Positions 21,010 through 32,169 of a stretch of 64,000 bases of DNA are shown in pieces. The DNA comes from Rebecca billardiae RCC1528 (Eukaryota > Protista > Haptophyta). The notes under the pieces are model-generated. The model was not told where the DNA came from and searched no databases. It was given only the letters and a program-made list of their open reading frames with translations. A program made the translations under genes and the position numbers. The number at the start of each line of letters is the position of its first letter. The first letter of the stretch is position 1. The DNA is taken from contig OZ251222.1 in the NCBI GenBank assembly GCA_965240325.2, positions 2,728,001-2,792,000 on the forward strand, written 5' to 3'.

Positions 21010-22341
21010 TCAATCGTCGCCTGCGGATGCTTCTCTCAATGCCTGCTGCACCTCTGCGTAGAAGTCCGCGCCGAACTGCGTGCATTGCGTCTCCACGTAG
21101 TGCAGCGGGTGGTAGCGGCCACGGCACAGCCAGCACCACTGCAGCCCACACTTGGCGCACGTCATGTGGTTGCAGCCGCCGTTCTTCTCGACCGACGTGC
21201 GGCAGCCCGGGCATGCCTGTGTGCTCGCCTCGATCCATGCGGCGGACTGAATGTCGTCGAAGACCGCTGCGCCGAAGCGCTCCGTGAGCGCGGCGCGCTC
21301 GTCTGCGTCCGCGCGCTCCCACCGTCGTCGCAGGTCGTGGCACGGCGTGTACCCGTGCCACGAGCGCTTGCAGAGCGTGCAGAAGGAGAAGGCGCACGCG
21401 GCGCACCTGGCGAGCTGGTCGTAGCCCTCACTCCCGTCCGTGCGGCGGTCGAGCAGCACAGGCGCCTGGCAGTGGGCCATCGGGCACCACTGCACGTCCT
21501 CCATCGTCGCGAGCGACGAGTGCAGGGCCGCGCGCTCGTACTCTGCGTACGCGTCCGCGCCCACCAGCTGCTGCACCTCCTGCGGCCGCAGCGGCGCGCC
21601 GCAGCCGGCGCAGCCGAGGCGCGCTGCCTCGCCGCGGCCGATGCGCCCTTCGAGGTCTCGCCGGAGGCATGCGCTGCAGAACGTGTGCTCGCACCCCGCG
21701 AACGTCATGCACTCGCGGCCGAGCACGTCGTCGAAGCAAATGCCGCAGCGCGTGATGGCTGTGCCGCGCGCCTCGAGGCCGGCCGCATCGTCGGCGCGCT
21801 GCGTCGCCGCGAGCGCGGCGCGTGCGCTGCACAGGGTGCGCACGACGCGGCCTCCTTCCACGGGCTCAGCGTTCCCGTCTGCACCCGCGGCCTCGCTGGC
21901 CTCGACGTCGCGCAGGGCGAGCTCGGCCGCATCGGCCGCCGTCTCGAAGCGCAGGTGCTCGACCCAGCTCACCAGGACTGGGTCTGGGCGTGCTGCCTCC
22001 CAGGCATCACGCAGCGCCTGGAGGAGAGGCTCGCTGGTCGCTGGGTCGATCCAGTCGCTGATGATACAGAACAGTGGCGCACGCGTCGAGGGATAGTCGC
22101 TCGGCAGCCGGGCACGCAGCGTGAGTGCCAGGTGTTGCACGGACGCCCCCTGCCGTGCATCCGATGCGAGGGACAGCTGCGTGGGCCCTGCGCGGCTCAG
22201 TGGCACGAGCACCTCGATGAGGTCGGGTTGGTCAGCATACTCGCGCAGCTCCTGAGGGTACATGCTGCGCAGGACGTCGAGCTCGTTCTCGCGTGCCTCG
22301 TGGTCGCCCCCACCTCGAGCGTCCGCCATGGTGTCCGCCAT
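21010..22341 (-). CDS. RNF14: RWD + RBR (RING1-IBR-RING2) E3 ubiquitin ligase, RNF14-like
   Basis: ENELDVLRSMYP...LPSDYPS (RWD), CGICFD...CEHTFCSAC, WCPMAHC...CAACAFSFCTLC...WHG, CPGC...EKNGGCNHMTC...WCWLC. Confidence 0.93.
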   Translation of the reverse strand: MADTMADARGGGDHEARENELDVLRSMYPQELREYADQPDLIEVLVPLSRAGPTQLSLASDARQGASVQHLALTLRARLPSDYPSTRAPLFCIISDWIDPATSEPLLQALRDAWEAARPDPVLVSWVEHLRFETAADAAELALRDVEASEAAGADGNAEPVEGGRVVRTLCSARAALAATQRADDAAGLEARGTAITRCGICFDDVLGRECMTFAGCEHTFCSACLRRDLEGRIGRGEAARLGCAGCGAPLRPQEVQQLVGADAYAEYERAALHSSLATMEDVQWCPMAHCQAPVLLDRRTDGSEGYDQLARCAACAFSFCTLCKRSWHGYTPCHDLRRRWERADADERAALTERFGAAVFDDIQSAAWIEASTQACPGCRTSVEKNGGCNHMTCAKCGLQWCWLCRGRYHPLHYVETQCTQFGADFYAEVQQALREASAGDD

Positions 22342-22495
22342 CGCCCCGGCTGGGCGCGAGGGATCGTGCAGGTAGCAGTCGCGTCGATTATTCTCGAAAA
22401 AAATGGCGTGCGGTGTAAAAAATCGCGTGTCGCAGCTCATCATCTGGCGGCCGGCCACGACGGCGAACCGCGCCACGCGGCAGCAGGGTATCGCC

Positions 22496-24208
22496 ATGAG
22501 TACGTTCGGCCGGTGCTTCCGCGTTACGACATTCGGCGAGTCGCACTGCAAAGGTGTCGGCGCCATCGTCGATGGCGTGCCTCCGGGTCTTGAGCTGACT
22601 GAGGAGGACATCCAGCCGCAGCTCACGCGCCGGCGGCCCGGGCAGTCGACGCTGACGACGCCGCGCGACGAGAAGGACAAGGTCACCATCATGTCGGGAA
22701 CCGAGTTTGGGCGCACGCTGGGGACGCCGATCGGGCTGTTCGTGCCGAACGAGGATCAGCGGCCGGGAGACTACAAGGAGATGAGCAAGGTCCCGCGCCC
22801 AGGCCACGCGGACTACACCTACCAGGTGTGCGCGTGCTCTGCGCGCGCTCACGCCTTGTGCAGCTCCCTGCGCGCCGTGCGCGATACGCGCGCTCTCACC
22901 ACGCCGTGGCGCGCGCCGTGGATACACCGCGCGCAGCTCAAGTACGGCACTCGCGCTTCATCTGGCGGTGGCCGCTCGTCCGCCCGCGAGACCATCGGCC
23001 GCGTCGCAGCCGGCGCGATCGCGGAGAAGTGGCTGCACGGGCTCTTTGGCACGCGCATCGTCACGTGGGTGAACTCCATCGGCGACGTGTGTATCCCGGA
23101 GGAGGTGATGCAGGACATGGCCGCGGGGTGGACGCGCGAGGAGGTCGACCGCCTCGGCCAGCTGCAGCTCCTGCGCGACCCCTCGCGCTGGCCCATCGAC
23201 GCGAGCGCGCTCGGCTCAGGCGATCAGAAGCGCATCGCTGAGGAGCTTAAGCAGCGTGCCGCGTTCGAGACGGCCTTCCTCGCGCTGTCGGACGAGGACG
23301 AGACGCCGGCGTACCGCGATGCGAGCGGGAAGGTGTACACGCGCGGCGGCAAGCACATCGCCAAGCCCCCCGCGAACATCGACGGCTGGGTCAGCGAGGA
23401 CGTCGTCGCGCTGCGCTGCCCGCATGCGCCGACCGCATGCCGCATGGCGACGCTCATCCGGGACGTGAAGGCGGCCAAGGACTCGATCGGAGGCACGCTC
23501 ACGACGATGTGCACGGGGATCCCGGCGGGGCTGGGCGAGCCCGTCTTCGACCGCCTCGAGGCCAAGCTGGCGCACGCCATGCTCTCGCTCCCTGCCACCA
23601 AGGGCTTCGAGATCGGCACAGGCTTCAGAGGTGCGCGCAGTGCGACGCTTCGCGGCGCCAGCGCGCCGGCGCGCTGGCAGCACACGCGAGCGCGTGGGCG
23701 AAGCGAGCGCAGCGCCCAACGCACGCCTCAACGCCTCGTCGCCTGGCCCCGCGCGCCGATGCTCGCGCGCGCGCGCGCAGGCACCACCATGCGCGGCTCC
23801 GTCCACAACGACCCCTTTGTCGCGCAGCACACGGCTGGCGGTGGCCGGCCCAACCTCACGACGTCCACCAACAACGCGGGCGGCACGCTCGGCGGCATCA
23901 CGGTCGGCACGCCCATCCAGTTCCGCGTGGCCATCAAGGCGGTGTCGACGATCGGCCAGGCCCAGACGACGTCCACTTTCGACGGCGAGGAGACGGTGCT
24001 CGAGGCGAAGGGCCGGCACGACCCGTGCGTGCTGCCGCGCGCGCCGCCGCTGCTCGAGGGCATGACGGCGCTGGTGCTCGCCGATGCGGTGCAGCTGCAG
24101 CGCACGAGGCTCAGCGGCGACAACACCATCGCTGACCCGGCACTGATGGCGGGGGTGGATGCGAATGGCGCCGCGGCACCGTCCGCCAAGAAGAAGCGCA
24201 CCAAGTGA
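22496..24208 (+). CDS. aroC: Chorismate synthase; introns 22826-22936 and 23631-23780
   Basis: TTFGESH, RRRPGQS, PRPGHADYTY, GGGRSSARETI, GLGEPVFD, HNDPF, GRHDPCV. Confidence 0.97.
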   Translation: MSTFGRCFRVTTFGESHCKGVGAIVDGVPPGLELTEEDIQPQLTRRRPGQSTLTTPRDEKDKVTIMSGTEFGRTLGTPIGLFVPNEDQRPGDYKEMSKVPRPGHADYTYQVCACSARAHALCSSLRAVRDTRALTTPWRAPWIHRAQLKYGTRASSGGGRSSARETIGRVAAGAIAEKWLHGLFGTRIVTWVNSIGDVCIPEEVMQDMAAGWTREEVDRLGQLQLLRDPSRWPIDASALGSGDQKRIAEELKQRAAFETAFLALSDEDETPAYRDASGKVYTRGGKHIAKPPANIDGWVSEDVVALRCPHAPTACRMATLIRDVKAAKDSIGGTLTTMCTGIPAGLGEPVFDRLEAKLAHAMLSLPATKGFEIGTGFRGARSATLRGASAPARWQHTRARGRSERSAQRTPQRLVAWPRAPMLARARAGTTMRGSVHNDPFVAQHTAGGGRPNLTTSTNNAGGTLGGITVGTPIQFRVAIKAVSTIGQAQTTSTFDGEETVLEAKGRHDPCVLPRAPPLLEGMTALVLADAVQLQRTRLSGDNTIADPALMAGVDANGAAAPSAKKKRTK

Positions 24209-24892
24209 GCACCTTCCCGCAGGCGTCGCGTCGGCCTGAGCCGGGTCTCACCAGGCTAGGCCTGCAGGACGCACGCGGCCGCAATGTGCTCGCCAGTGCG
24301 CTGGCTGGCGCATGGGTGCATTGGGCAGCTTGCGTTCGGCAGCATTGGCAGATGCACATATATGGTGCTGGCCTGCGCTTGCAGCCGGCGACGCCCGTGT
24401 ATGTACACGGCAGGGCGCGAGGCGGCCTCCGCACGCGCAGCGACAGCCGGCTGCGGGCGCTCACGCTGCGGGCACTGGGCTGCGTGGTGCTCGCACGGCG
24501 GAACCAAGTCACGGTCAGGCTCAGGCTGGTCAGCGAGCCAGATGATTGCCCGCGACGTATATATCCCATCAGCTAGTATATAGTCTCAGCAGTCGTCGTG
24601 TCATCAGATGTAACAGCAGTGGTAATAACACTACAGCCGATGTTTCCAGATCGGATGAGGATTGACAGGAAATGAGCCAGGTCGTCGTTCAGCTAAAATC
24701 AGTAATCAGGCTCAGCAGCGGCGGTTGAGTGATCATTGTGACGACTGTCAGTTTGTGACTCACGCGGTGATGAGTCAGACATTGTGAGTAATCATCATAT
24801 TGTGTCTCCGGGTTATTCGTCGACGGCTGATTATTAATATTTATTTAGAGTTATTATGAGTGTTATATATATATATATACTATTAGCTGTTA

Positions 24893-24937
24893 ATCTCGCC
24901 TGCCTGAGCTGTGTGCGTCTCTTATTCTTAGTAAACT
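24893..24937 (+). mobile_element. Dispersed repeat terminus, further copy
   Basis: ATCTCGCCTGCCTGAGCTGTGTGCGTCTCTTATTCTTAGTAAACT. Confidence 0.75.
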
Positions 24938-25321
24938 AGTGTTAGGAGTCTCAGTCCGTCTAACGGTTATACGCGCGCGTTAAATACTAGACTCTTCCGC
25001 GACCGGGGTAGCTAACCGGGGACGCCAACGGCGCGCCTGTGGTCGCGGACAGTAGGGTTCTGACCGCGGGCCGGACAGCGGGACCTCGCGGAGGCAGCAC
25101 ACTGCAGTCGGACACTTTCGGAACCGTTTCGACATTGGTTGGGGGTTGGCGACAGCCCAGGGCAAACGCCAAACGGTGACAGTGGCCCCCGGCCCCAGCC
25201 CATAGCAGGGCGCAAAGTGGATGAGCGTGCAGACGGAAGACGAAGACAAGGACGGCCAGCCGGCTGTGTACATGTGGCCAGGGCTGGAATCGGCGACCGA
25301 CCATGATGCCGCTCGAAGGCA

Positions 25322-26729
25322 TCACGCTTGCCTGTTGAGCACGTCGTGGCACAGCTGCTCCAGACTGAACATCACGTCCTCGGACCTGCCAGGGAGCTTG
25401 CGTGCAGAGGAGATGGCGAGCTGCATGTGTGCCTCCGCAAGCTGTCTGCTCTGTGCGATGCCCCCGCTGCGCTGCACAAAGTCGTACGCAGCCTGCGCAT
25501 GGCGGAGAGAGCGGCGTGCGGCGCCGGTGAGCACGCGGGGCAGCAATGCGCGCGTGCTCACCGGCGCGCATGCGGGGGGGGGGTGACCGCACGATGCGCT
25601 CGCGCCGTCGGCGTGCGGTGGCGAGCGCACCTCGAGGTCGGTTTCCTGCGAGAACTGCCGCTTCACCAAGTCCTCCATCTCGGGGAACTCACGCGCGGCG
25701 AACAGCGCCGGCGCGGTCGCCAGCCCCTGCGCCATGTCCGCCAGCGCCGGCTTGCCCAGCAGCTCCTCGCTCGCGGTGAAGTCGAGGAGGTCGTCGATCA
25801 GCTGGTAGGCGACGCCGAGGTGGCGGCCGTAGTCGCGCGCGGCGATGGCGACCTCCGACTCGAAGTGCTCGCCGCTCAGCACCGCCGCCGACTGGCAGCC
25901 CAGCGAGATCAGCGAGCCCGTCTTGAGGTAGTTCTTGAGGATGTAGTGCTCAAACGTGAGCAGCTCGTGCGGCTCCGCCTTCGCCTGCATCATCTCGCCG
26001 TGGACCATGTCCTCGAGCACCGTCGAGATGAGCTCGACGACCTTGGTGTTGCCGAGCTGGCCGAGGAGCACCGACGCGCGCGCGAGCAAAAAGTCACCCG
26101 CGAGCACCGCCACCTTGTTGCCGAAGATCTTGTGCACGGTGCGCGAGCCGCGGCGCGTGTCGGCGATGTCGATCACGTCGTCGTGGATGAGGCTCGCGGT
26201 GTGGATCATCTCGTTGATCTCGGCGAGGCGCTTCTGCTTGGCGAACTCCACGGAGTCGCGCGGCGTGCCGATGGCCTGGGACACGAGCAGCAGGATCGTC
26301 GGGCGGAAGCGCTTGCCCTGCATGTCGAAGAAGTGCCGCGCCACCTTGTTCAGGACCGGGTGGTCGACGCCGACGAGGTCCTTGATCGAGTCGGACAGAG
26401 GGCGCAGGTCGGGCTCGGCGAGCTTAAACGGATCGACGTCTGCGGGCGGCGGCGTACGCGCGCGCGCTCGTGAGGCGGTCAGCTCGGCGCGCGCTCGGCG
26501 CTCGGCGCGCAGCATGCAAGCGCGCGGCAGCAGCGCGTGCAGCGCGCTCACGTCGAGGCGGCGGCGGCTCGAGCGGCAGGAACGCGTCGGGCTCAAGCTG
26601 CAGACTTTTCGGGTCCACCGTTTCCCTCGCGAACTGGAGGCTGCTCGAGAGCGCGCGGCTCGGGCTGCTAGTCGGCACGCGAGCTCTTCTCAAGGCCAGG
26701 CCAACGCCCCGGGTAATCGACGTCGCCAT
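25322..26729 (-). CDS. COQ1: Long-chain trans-polyprenyl diphosphate synthase (COQ1/PDSS1-like) with mitochondrial-type presequence; introns 26551-26440 and 25630-25493
   Basis: GKRFRP, EMIHTASLIHDDVID...RRG, AVLAGDFL, KTGSL, AYQLIDDLLDF...LGKP; Arg/Ser-rich leader. Confidence 0.93.
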
Positions 26730-26860
26730 CGCTGATCACGACGATCACGCGCGAAGGCGCCATCAACCGCCCGGAGCCCCGGACAAACCGTGGCTGAGCC
26801 TCTCGATCTGGGCAAACGCCGGACTCGCGGCCGGTCGGGACCGAGAGTGGTCGCCGCCGG

Positions 26861-28663
26861 ATGGCATCGTCGGAGCATCGCGACACGCGGCTGCCCGTCG
26901 TTGTGCTCACCGGCGGGCCGGGCAGCGGCAAGACGACGGTCCTCAACCGTCTCCTCACAGAGCTTGACGAACACGCCGTCCCCGCGGTGATCACCCACCG
27001 CTTCGCTCGCGAGTTTGCCCTGGATGTCAATCCGGTCCTCGCGCGCGAGCCTGCGTTCCGCGGTGAGATGTTCGACTTCGGCAGCGGCTGCGTGTGCTGC
27101 TCGCCGACGGGCGAGCTGCTGCAGCATCTCCTCGCCACACACGCGCCGCTGAACCGCACGGACGCCTCTGCCGAGGGTGGCGCGGACGTGCGCGCGACAC
27201 ACGTCTTCATCGAAACGACCGGGCTCGCCGAGCCCGCGCTGTTTGTTCGGCTGCTCTCGACGCACCCCGAGCTCTGCGGCTTCCGCCTGGCTGCGCTCGT
27301 CGCGCTGGTTGATACGGGCGCCGATCACCCCCTCGGCCCGCCGGGGACGCCTGCGCACGCGCGCATGCGCGAGCACGTGCGCGCGGCTGACCTCGTGCTC
27401 CTGGCTGGCGAGCACGAGTCGACCACGATCGTCGGGGAGGCGCTCGACGGCGCCGAGACGCCGGTGTACCGCGCATCAGACGTCCGCCTCTCCACGCTGC
27501 TCGCGGCCGACGCGAAGCGATCCGTCCAGATGAGCATGCGCGATGCGGTCGACGACCTCTTGTCGGCGTCCGCTGTCTCACTCGGCGGCCACGACAGCAC
27601 GTTCGGCACAATGTGCATGCTGGAGGACGGAGCGATACGGGCGGAGCGCTTCGACGAGTGGCGCAGGGGCGTGGTCGCGCTGTGCGCGTCCGGCGAAGGC
27701 CTCCTCTTGCGTGTCAAAGGCGTCGTGACCGTGGTCGGGGAGCCGCCATGCAGCATGGCCGCCGCAGGGGACGAGGCGGATGCAGATGCGGCTGCGACGG
27801 ACAGCCAGGCCGAGGTTGACCAGCCGCCATCGCGCCGCTTCGTCGTCGAGTGGGCGCGCTCTGGGGCCGAGGTCGGCGCACGCCCTCTGCTCGCGGCCGC
27901 ACTCGCACGAGCCGCCCCGCCCGCTCGCTCCCTGGGCCACTCACTCGTCGCGGGCATCGACGCGCCCGTGGGCACGTGCAAGGTGTTCGTGTGCGGGCAG
28001 CGGCTGCGCGTGAACGAGCTGCGCGCGCAGCTGTGGGAGGCCATGGTGCCGCCCGGCTTCGAGCTCGCCGCGGAGATCGAGGTGGACTTGCCGTTGGCGT
28101 GGAAATACGCCCAGCGAGCCGCCGCCCCGCGCGCAGCGCCGCCGGCCGCCGATGGCCCGGCAGCGCAGCCGTCGCTGCAGCACTGCGCCCTCCGGCTCGA
28201 GAGCTGGCTGGGCGCCGGCCGTGACGCGCTCCTTGTCTGGGTGGAGGGCGCGTTTGCGGCGCTCGCCGACTTTGACACATCGGACGCTGGGACCGAGGCG
28301 CTCCCGAGCGGCGAGGGCGCGCGGTGGGCGATGGAGGCGGGCAGTGTCGTGCGCCTGGCCGCAGACCAGGCCACAGATGGGGCGTTCGCGCTCCACTCTC
28401 CAGATGGGCGCGACATGATCGACCTCAAGACGGGCTGGCGAATAGCAGTAGCGGCGCATCATGGCGGTGAGAGCGGGGCTGCTACCGTGAGCACGTCCGG
28501 GCACGCGCTGCAGCGGCCGCTCCCGATGGCGGGAGGCGTGGCGACTCCAGCCGGCGCGCTGCCAGCAGTGCGAGTCCTCGCGCTCGAGATCGTCGGTGGA
28601 TCCGTCTACGTCTCAAAGACTGCGGCCGATCCTCCACCTCGGGCTTCAGCAATGCCAAGCTGA
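26861..28663 (+). CDS. COG0523/CobW-family G3E GTPase with CobW_C domain and C-terminal extension
   Basis: LTGGPGSGKTT, GCVCCS (CxCC), IETTGLAEP, LLRVKGVV, VFVCGQRL. Confidence 0.88.
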   Translation: MASSEHRDTRLPVVVLTGGPGSGKTTVLNRLLTELDEHAVPAVITHRFAREFALDVNPVLAREPAFRGEMFDFGSGCVCCSPTGELLQHLLATHAPLNRTDASAEGGADVRATHVFIETTGLAEPALFVRLLSTHPELCGFRLAALVALVDTGADHPLGPPGTPAHARMREHVRAADLVLLAGEHESTTIVGEALDGAETPVYRASDVRLSTLLAADAKRSVQMSMRDAVDDLLSASAVSLGGHDSTFGTMCMLEDGAIRAERFDEWRRGVVALCASGEGLLLRVKGVVTVVGEPPCSMAAAGDEADADAAATDSQAEVDQPPSRRFVVEWARSGAEVGARPLLAAALARAAPPARSLGHSLVAGIDAPVGTCKVFVCGQRLRVNELRAQLWEAMVPPGFELAAEIEVDLPLAWKYAQRAAAPRAAPPAADGPAAQPSLQHCALRLESWLGAGRDALLVWVEGAFAALADFDTSDAGTEALPSGEGARWAMEAGSVVRLAADQATDGAFALHSPDGRDMIDLKTGWRIAVAAHHGGESGAATVSTSGHALQRPLPMAGGVATPAGALPAVRVLALEIVGGSVYVSKTAADPPPRASAMPS

Positions 28664-29358
28664 CGATGCAACGATCTAATTGATATATGGCGGCGCCGCC
28701 GCCGCGCACAGCGCAGCGTCACTGGCAGGCGCGCAATCACGGCGCAGTGACAGTGTCATGTGAGCAGCGTGAGGTGAGCGCGGCGCGGCGTCAGTGTCAG
28801 TTACCACAGCGACTCGGACCGCGCCTGCAGAGTGCAGCGGGCTCAGCAGCAGCTCCTTATAATTATAGACGACTTAGCGCAGGCTGCGGGCTTATAGGTA
28901 TCGTCACTGATAGCCATAGCCCATAAGGACTAGGAGTAGGGACTCGTAGGGCCGAAGCGCCCGACTCATATTTTATTCATGAGTCTCAAGTCTCAGTCTG
29001 CGGTCAGTCAAGCCTAGGAGCTCGTCATATATAACAGCGCTGACACTACTACGAGCAGTTCGGACGTCATGTTTATTCGGACGAGCAGTATGGGTAGGGC
29101 GGCAGTACAGTGAGTACTGCTCGGCATAGTGCGGCAGGCCAGCGCGTCCGGCCCGGGCGCGGCCGCGCCGCAGTAGCCGAGGGGGGCCCCGGTCCCAGTG
29201 TCAGAGTACGGTGTCAGTACAGCTAGCCGTATACTGATATGCGACCGGATGTAAAAAAATATGCTGAATCGGCGATATGGTCCGACGTTGGTAACGGAGT
29301 ACGGACGAAGTTGGTGCTCCGGTCGTAGCTCACTCGTAGCCAGAATGAGAATCCCAGA

Positions 29359-30686
29359 TCAGATCAAGATCTGCGGCTCTCTCACGCTCACTGAGAGCTC
29401 CTTGTGCGGGAGCACCGTCGTGCCATTTAAGAGGATCCCGGTCTTCACGCTCACGTCCTCGGCGAGCACCGCCGAGGTGACCCACGCCCACGAGCCAATG
29501 CGCGAGTTCCAGCCGACCAGCGAGTCGTGCAGCACCGCGTGCGACTCCACCGTGACGCCCGACATGAGCGTGCTCTTCTCGATGCGCACGCCCGCCTCGA
29601 TCACACAGTTGGGCCTGGTGGGTCGGGCGAGGTCGTACGGCGCGCGGTGGCGTTACACGCGGGCGCGCGCGCAAGCAGACGGCACGCACGCCGCGCTCCC
29701 CAGCGCCGCCCTCCGCGGCGCGCACCCGATGACCACGTCTGGGCCGAGCTTGCAGTCCTCGCCGATCGACGCGGAGGCCTCGATCAGCACGTTGCCCACA
29801 ATCTGCGCGGACTTGGGCACGGCCGGGCCTGAGTGCGGCGCGAGCACGTTGGGCGACATGATACGCGCCATCTCGAGCTGCGGGCCCGCCGCCGAGAGGA
29901 ACGTGCGCACGTCCGTCATCTTGACCCAGTAGCCCTTCGACTCGAGGTGGTACAGGCTTCCGTCCATCGCCATCGCCGGGAGCATGTCGTTCATCGCCGC
30001 GCGCTCGCCCTCCGGGATGCGGCTGAAGATCTCGACGTTGAAGATGTACAGCCCGCCGTTGATCAGGTTGGACACGTACGTCCTGCGGCGTTGACGCGCG
30101 GGGCGCGTGCGCGCGCGTGAGTCCGGACGGCCAGGTGTGCGCTCACCGCGTGGGGCGGCCGAGCCGAGGCGAGGCACACGCACTCTGGCCGATTCACAAA
30201 GTGCTGGATCTGGCCGGTCTTCTCGTCGGCCACGACGACGCCGTACTTGGACGGGTTGTCGCTGTGCGTGGTCATCACTGTGCCGACCCCGCCGTGCTTC
30301 ATGTGCGTGTGGATCATGTCCTTGAGCGGGAAGGAGCAGAGCACGTCGCCGTTGAGCACAAAGAAGGGCTCTCGGCTCGAGCCGTCGTTTGTGATGAGCG
30401 CCTGCGCGAGCTTGAGCGGGCCGGCGGTGCCGAGCGACGTCCGCTCCATCGAGCACTGTATGCGCATCCCAAGCTCCGCCTCGTATCGCGCCATGACGTC
30501 GCCCCACGACTTTGGCAGGTTCTTCTCGTTCACGCACAGCACGACATCGCTCACGCCTGCTGCCTTCAGCGCCTCCAGCTGGTGGAGAAGGAGCGTCTTG
30601 TTGCAGAACTCGATCAGCGGCTGCGGGAGCGACAGGGTCAGCGGCCGGAGGATGTCGAGGCCACCGATGAGGATGACGGCCTTCAT
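29359..30686 (-). CDS. Mannose-1-phosphate guanylyltransferase-like protein (GMPP) with degenerate active-site motifs; introns 30183-30083 and 29725-29615
   Basis: LRPLTLS.P.PL, LGTAGPL.LA, FFVLNGDVLC, PSKYGVV, INGGLYIF, left-handed beta-helix C-terminus, VLPHK. Confidence 0.9.
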
Positions 30687-30945
30687 CGCGCTCGCTGTGC
30701 CACCCCCAGGAGGCGTCGACGGTGCGGGCGCGAGATTGCGCACGATGGATGCTGCTGTGACCGCTACCCGCTCAAGCTTGACCGGATGCGCCTCCCAGCT
30801 TCCATCCCGATCGGAGCGCTCGCCCGCCGCCGCCGCCGCCTGTTCGTGCGGCGCTGTACATGTTGGCTCCCTCCGCCGCCCAGTCCGGCACTCTGCTCGC
30901 CGCCTCACTGGTCTTGAGGTCACGTCTGGGACATCAACGAGATTC

Positions 30946-32169
30946 ATGGCAGCCAGCGCGAGACTGCAGCTGGGGATCGTGATAGGCGTCATCGCCGGGG
31001 GCGTCATCATCGTGGCGGGTTCGCTGCCGCTGACGCTCCCCAATCTTCGCATCGACGCTGCGCAGCCCGCTTCTCCTCACCTGCCCGCTTACGACTCGCC
31101 GTCCGACGCCCTCCCGTTCCCTCACTGCGGCTCCAATGGCACACTGGGCGCTGCGGAGGCGTTCAGCATGTCTCGCGTGACTCGCCGTGGGCAACGTGCG
31201 TGGAGCTTGAATGCGAGTGCGAGCGCGGGCGTGCATGAGCTACTCAGCTCGATCGACGCGGTGCTTCGTGGGCAGCCGGCCCCCGGCAGCGGCGCCGAGA
31301 TCGTTCGCCGCGCGCTTGCGGCTGCCGAGTCTGCTGGTTACATGCTGTGCGCCGACGATTCTGTGAGAGCACTCATTTGGGCACCGCGCGGGCCATCAGG
31401 CGCCATGGGCGGCCCGGTGATTGCTCTGCGCGTGGCCACCACTGGGGACCAGACTGGGCACCGGGCGAGGTCCGAAGGCCTGCTCGTTGAGTGCCCACAC
31501 CCGCTAGCGGACGGCAACGGCGCGCAATGCCTGAGCGTGCTCAGGGCTGTATCTGCAGCTCGCGCCGTCCTGATGAGCGGCCATCACAGGTGTGCGGATG
31601 ATGTGCCCTCGGGCTGCGATGGCAAGACAAGCATGTGCAGCCAGCACGCAGCCGCGCCCGTCCCATACACGCGCTCTGACCCCGCGCACAACGTGCTGGG
31701 AGCATACCACGCTGTCCACAGGCTGCTGGCCGAGCAGATGCTGCCGCCCGCGGCTGCGGTCGTCGCGCTGCACGGGCAGCGCGCCAGTGGCGTATCAATC
31801 TCCGACGGCACGAAGCTCGCTCTCTCATCTGCGCACGCCCCGACGGGCGTGCTCGCGCGCGCGCTGGCGGCGCGGCTCCCCGCCAGCGAGCCTGTGACGG
31901 CGTGCAACGAGGGTGCTGGCGTGCCCACGCGTTCGCACCTCTGCGCCACCACGGACGTGCAGGGTCGGCACGTGAACGGCGTGCCCGAGGCAGCCGTCTG
32001 CCGCGACACGGGTCATCGGCCACCGACTCCGAGTCGGAGCGGGCGGTTCGTGCACGTGGAGCAGTCGTCCACAGTGGTCTCACGCCACGCCGCAGACCTG
32101 TGCCATGCGCTCGCAGCGGTCGCAGCCATTGGCATCGGGACAGCCGGGGGGCACGGTGTCCACATGTGA
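30946..32169 (+). CDS. Membrane-anchored or secreted Cys-rich putative hydrolase of an uncharacterised bacterial-type family, intronless
   Basis: N-terminal hydrophobic anchor; motifs VECPHP..D, GHHRC...CDG...[31 protein letters not shown]. Confidence 0.65.
   Translation: MAASARLQLGIVIGVIAGGVIIVAGSLPLTLPNLRIDAAQPASPHLPAYDSPSDALPFPHCGSNGTLGAAEAFSMSRVTRRGQRAWSLNASASAGVHELLSSIDAVLRGQPAPGSGAEIVRRALAAAESAGYMLCADDSVRALIWAPRGPSGAMGGPVIALRVATTGDQTGHRARSEGLLVECPHPLADGNGAQCLSVLRAVSAARAVLMSGHHRCADDVPSGCDGKTSMCSQHAAAPVPYTRSDPAHNVLGAYHAVHRLLAEQMLPPAAAVVALHGQRASGVSISDGTKLALSSAHAPTGVLARALAARLPASEPVTACNEGAGVPTRSHLCATTDVQGRHVNGVPEAAVCRDTGHRPPTPSRSGRFVHVEQSSTVVSRHAADLCHALAAVAAIGIGTAGGHGVHM

Noticed and set aside
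22826-23780. Apparent excess of in-frame, stop-free introns (aroC, COQ1, USP, TEX47, LTD gene)
   Set aside because: Roughly a third of the introns I sized are 3n, as expected by chance, and stops are rare at this GC. It is an annotation trap rather than a signal.
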